Sequence record: SRR22947725_2265
Length of the DNA: 64,000 nucleotides
Direction: 5' to 3' (one strand)
The translations under genes and the position numbers were made by a program. Each line of letters opens with the position of its first letter. Positions within the stretch are counted from its first letter, which is position 1. Under the pieces are notes generated by a model, which was given only the letters and a program-made list of their open reading frames with translations, did no database searches and had not been told where the DNA came from. Of the stretch, positions 62,926-64,000 are shown piece after piece.

Positions 62926-64000
62926 ATGAAGCGAACTTTCGCGCCTTTCATTCTCACCCAGTTTGCATCCATCACTAGCGTGATCTCTGGGTCGATGGTG
63001 TTTATCGCCATACCCTGGATAGCACTTGAGATTGTGGGCTCGGCCGCAACCGCGGGTTTGGTTGTGGCAATCACAGGAATTCCAGGTCTAATCTTTGCCC
63101 CGCTGTTGGGGTCAGTAATTGACCGCTTTGGTCGCAAGCGGACCGCGGTCTGGGTAGAGTTCCTCACCGCCTTTACGGCACTCTTGATTCCCCTTGTTGA
63201 CTGGGCCATCGGGCTAACAATTCCTCTTCTGATTGCAATTGGAATTGCTCGTGGAGTGGTTGCACCAGGCGGTGGCACAGCGAGGAAGTCGCTGGTTCCG
63301 GATGTGGCGGAGCCGGCGAAGATGACCTTGGATAGAGCCAACTCGATCCATGAGGCTATTTTCGCCGCGGGCTTTGCAATTGGGCCGGCGCTGGCAACCT
63401 TCCTTATTGCGCGTATCGGCTCAACCAACACGTTTTATGTCGTGGCCCTGATGGGCTTTCTTTCGGCCCTTTTTGCAATGCTGATTTTTGTCACCGAGAA
63501 GCACGAGGCAAATGATGAGAGTGAGAAGGAGCCGTTCTTCATCTATGCGCTTCAGGGCTTCAAGATTCTCTTTTCTAATCCGGCCGTGTTTGTGATTATG
63601 GCGGCGATTGTGATCCTTGCGGTTATTTACCTTCCGATAGAGATGGTGGTGCTTCCCGCCCACTTCACCGCCCTAGGTGACCCTGAGGGTCTGGGCCTAG
63701 TTATCTCGGCGGGAGCCGCGGCATCTGTCATCGGAGCCCTTGGCTTTGAGAAGCTACACAAGCGCTTTAGCTATGCCGCAATTTTGAGGATGGCAATTTT
63801 GGGCATTGGCATTTCGATGTTCCCACTGAGTTTCTTGCCACCGGTTCCTCTGATGGTGTTTTTCTTTTTCTTCCTGGGTCTTGCGTGGGGCCCGCTGCTA
63901 CCGCTGTTGAACACCGTTATTCAAAAGAAGATCCCCGCAAACAAGCGAGGCAGGGTGTTTGCGCTTGAGATGACAATTTGGCATGCGGGGCCACTTATTT
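62926..64000 (+). CDS. MFS efflux transporter (DHA3/Tap-like), runs off the window edge
   Basis: Manual translation MKRTFAPFILTQF...AIPW...G..IDRFGRKR; RGRVF near the end. Confidence 0.85.
   Translation, partial: MKRTFAPFILTQFASITSVISGSMVFIAIPWIALEIVGSAATAGLVVAITGIPGLIFAPLLGSVIDRFGRKRTAVWVEFLTAFTALLIPLVDWAIGLTIPLLIAIGIARGVVAPGGGTARKSLVPDVAEPAKMTLDRANSIHEAIFAAGFAIGPALATFLIARIGSTNTFYVVALMGFLSALFAMLIFVTEKHEANDESEKEPFFIYALQGFKILFSNPAVFVIMAAIVILAVIYLPIEMVVLPAHFTALGDPEGLGLVISAGAAASVIGALGFEKLHKRFSYAAILRMAILGIGISMFPLSFLPPVPLMVFFFFFLGLAWGPLLPLLNTVIQKKIPANKRGRVFALEMTIWHAGPLI

Overview
Core chromosomal origin region of a compact actinobacterium. Gene order, parS, HAIR and Zur motifs, an N-domain-less ClpB and very short intergenic spacers point to Microbacteriaceae, plausibly an Aquiluna/Rhodoluna-like lineage (inference). 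The first part holds tRNA-Ala and tRNA-Ile, gyrAB-dciA-recF-dnaN-oriC-dnaA, rpmH-rnpA-yidD-yidC-jag-rsmG-parAB with two parS sites, trxAB, murJ, the CCA-adding enzyme, rpsF-ssb-rpsR-rplI, dnaB, purB and a 2-oxoacid dehydrogenase operon. The second part holds znuACB-zur, zinc-free rpmB-rpmG-rpsN, HU, a Pif1-like helicase, a GlcNAc/chito-oligosaccharide locus, MmpL, dcd, BlaI/M56, dnaK-grpE-dnaJ-hspR-clpB, alkD, xth and pyrE. I found no mobile element, prophage, CRISPR array or defence system. The most notable unexplained signals are non-coding. One is a third, dense, co-oriented DnaA-box array in front of dnaB, about 14.5 kb from dnaA, which shares extra motifs with oriC. The others are a 15-bp bidirectional leaderless promoter and several candidate leader RNAs and operators. 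The main protein oddities are a DUF2834-like/esterase fusion and a small ORF that reads through parS. All calls come from visual motif recognition; no searches were run.
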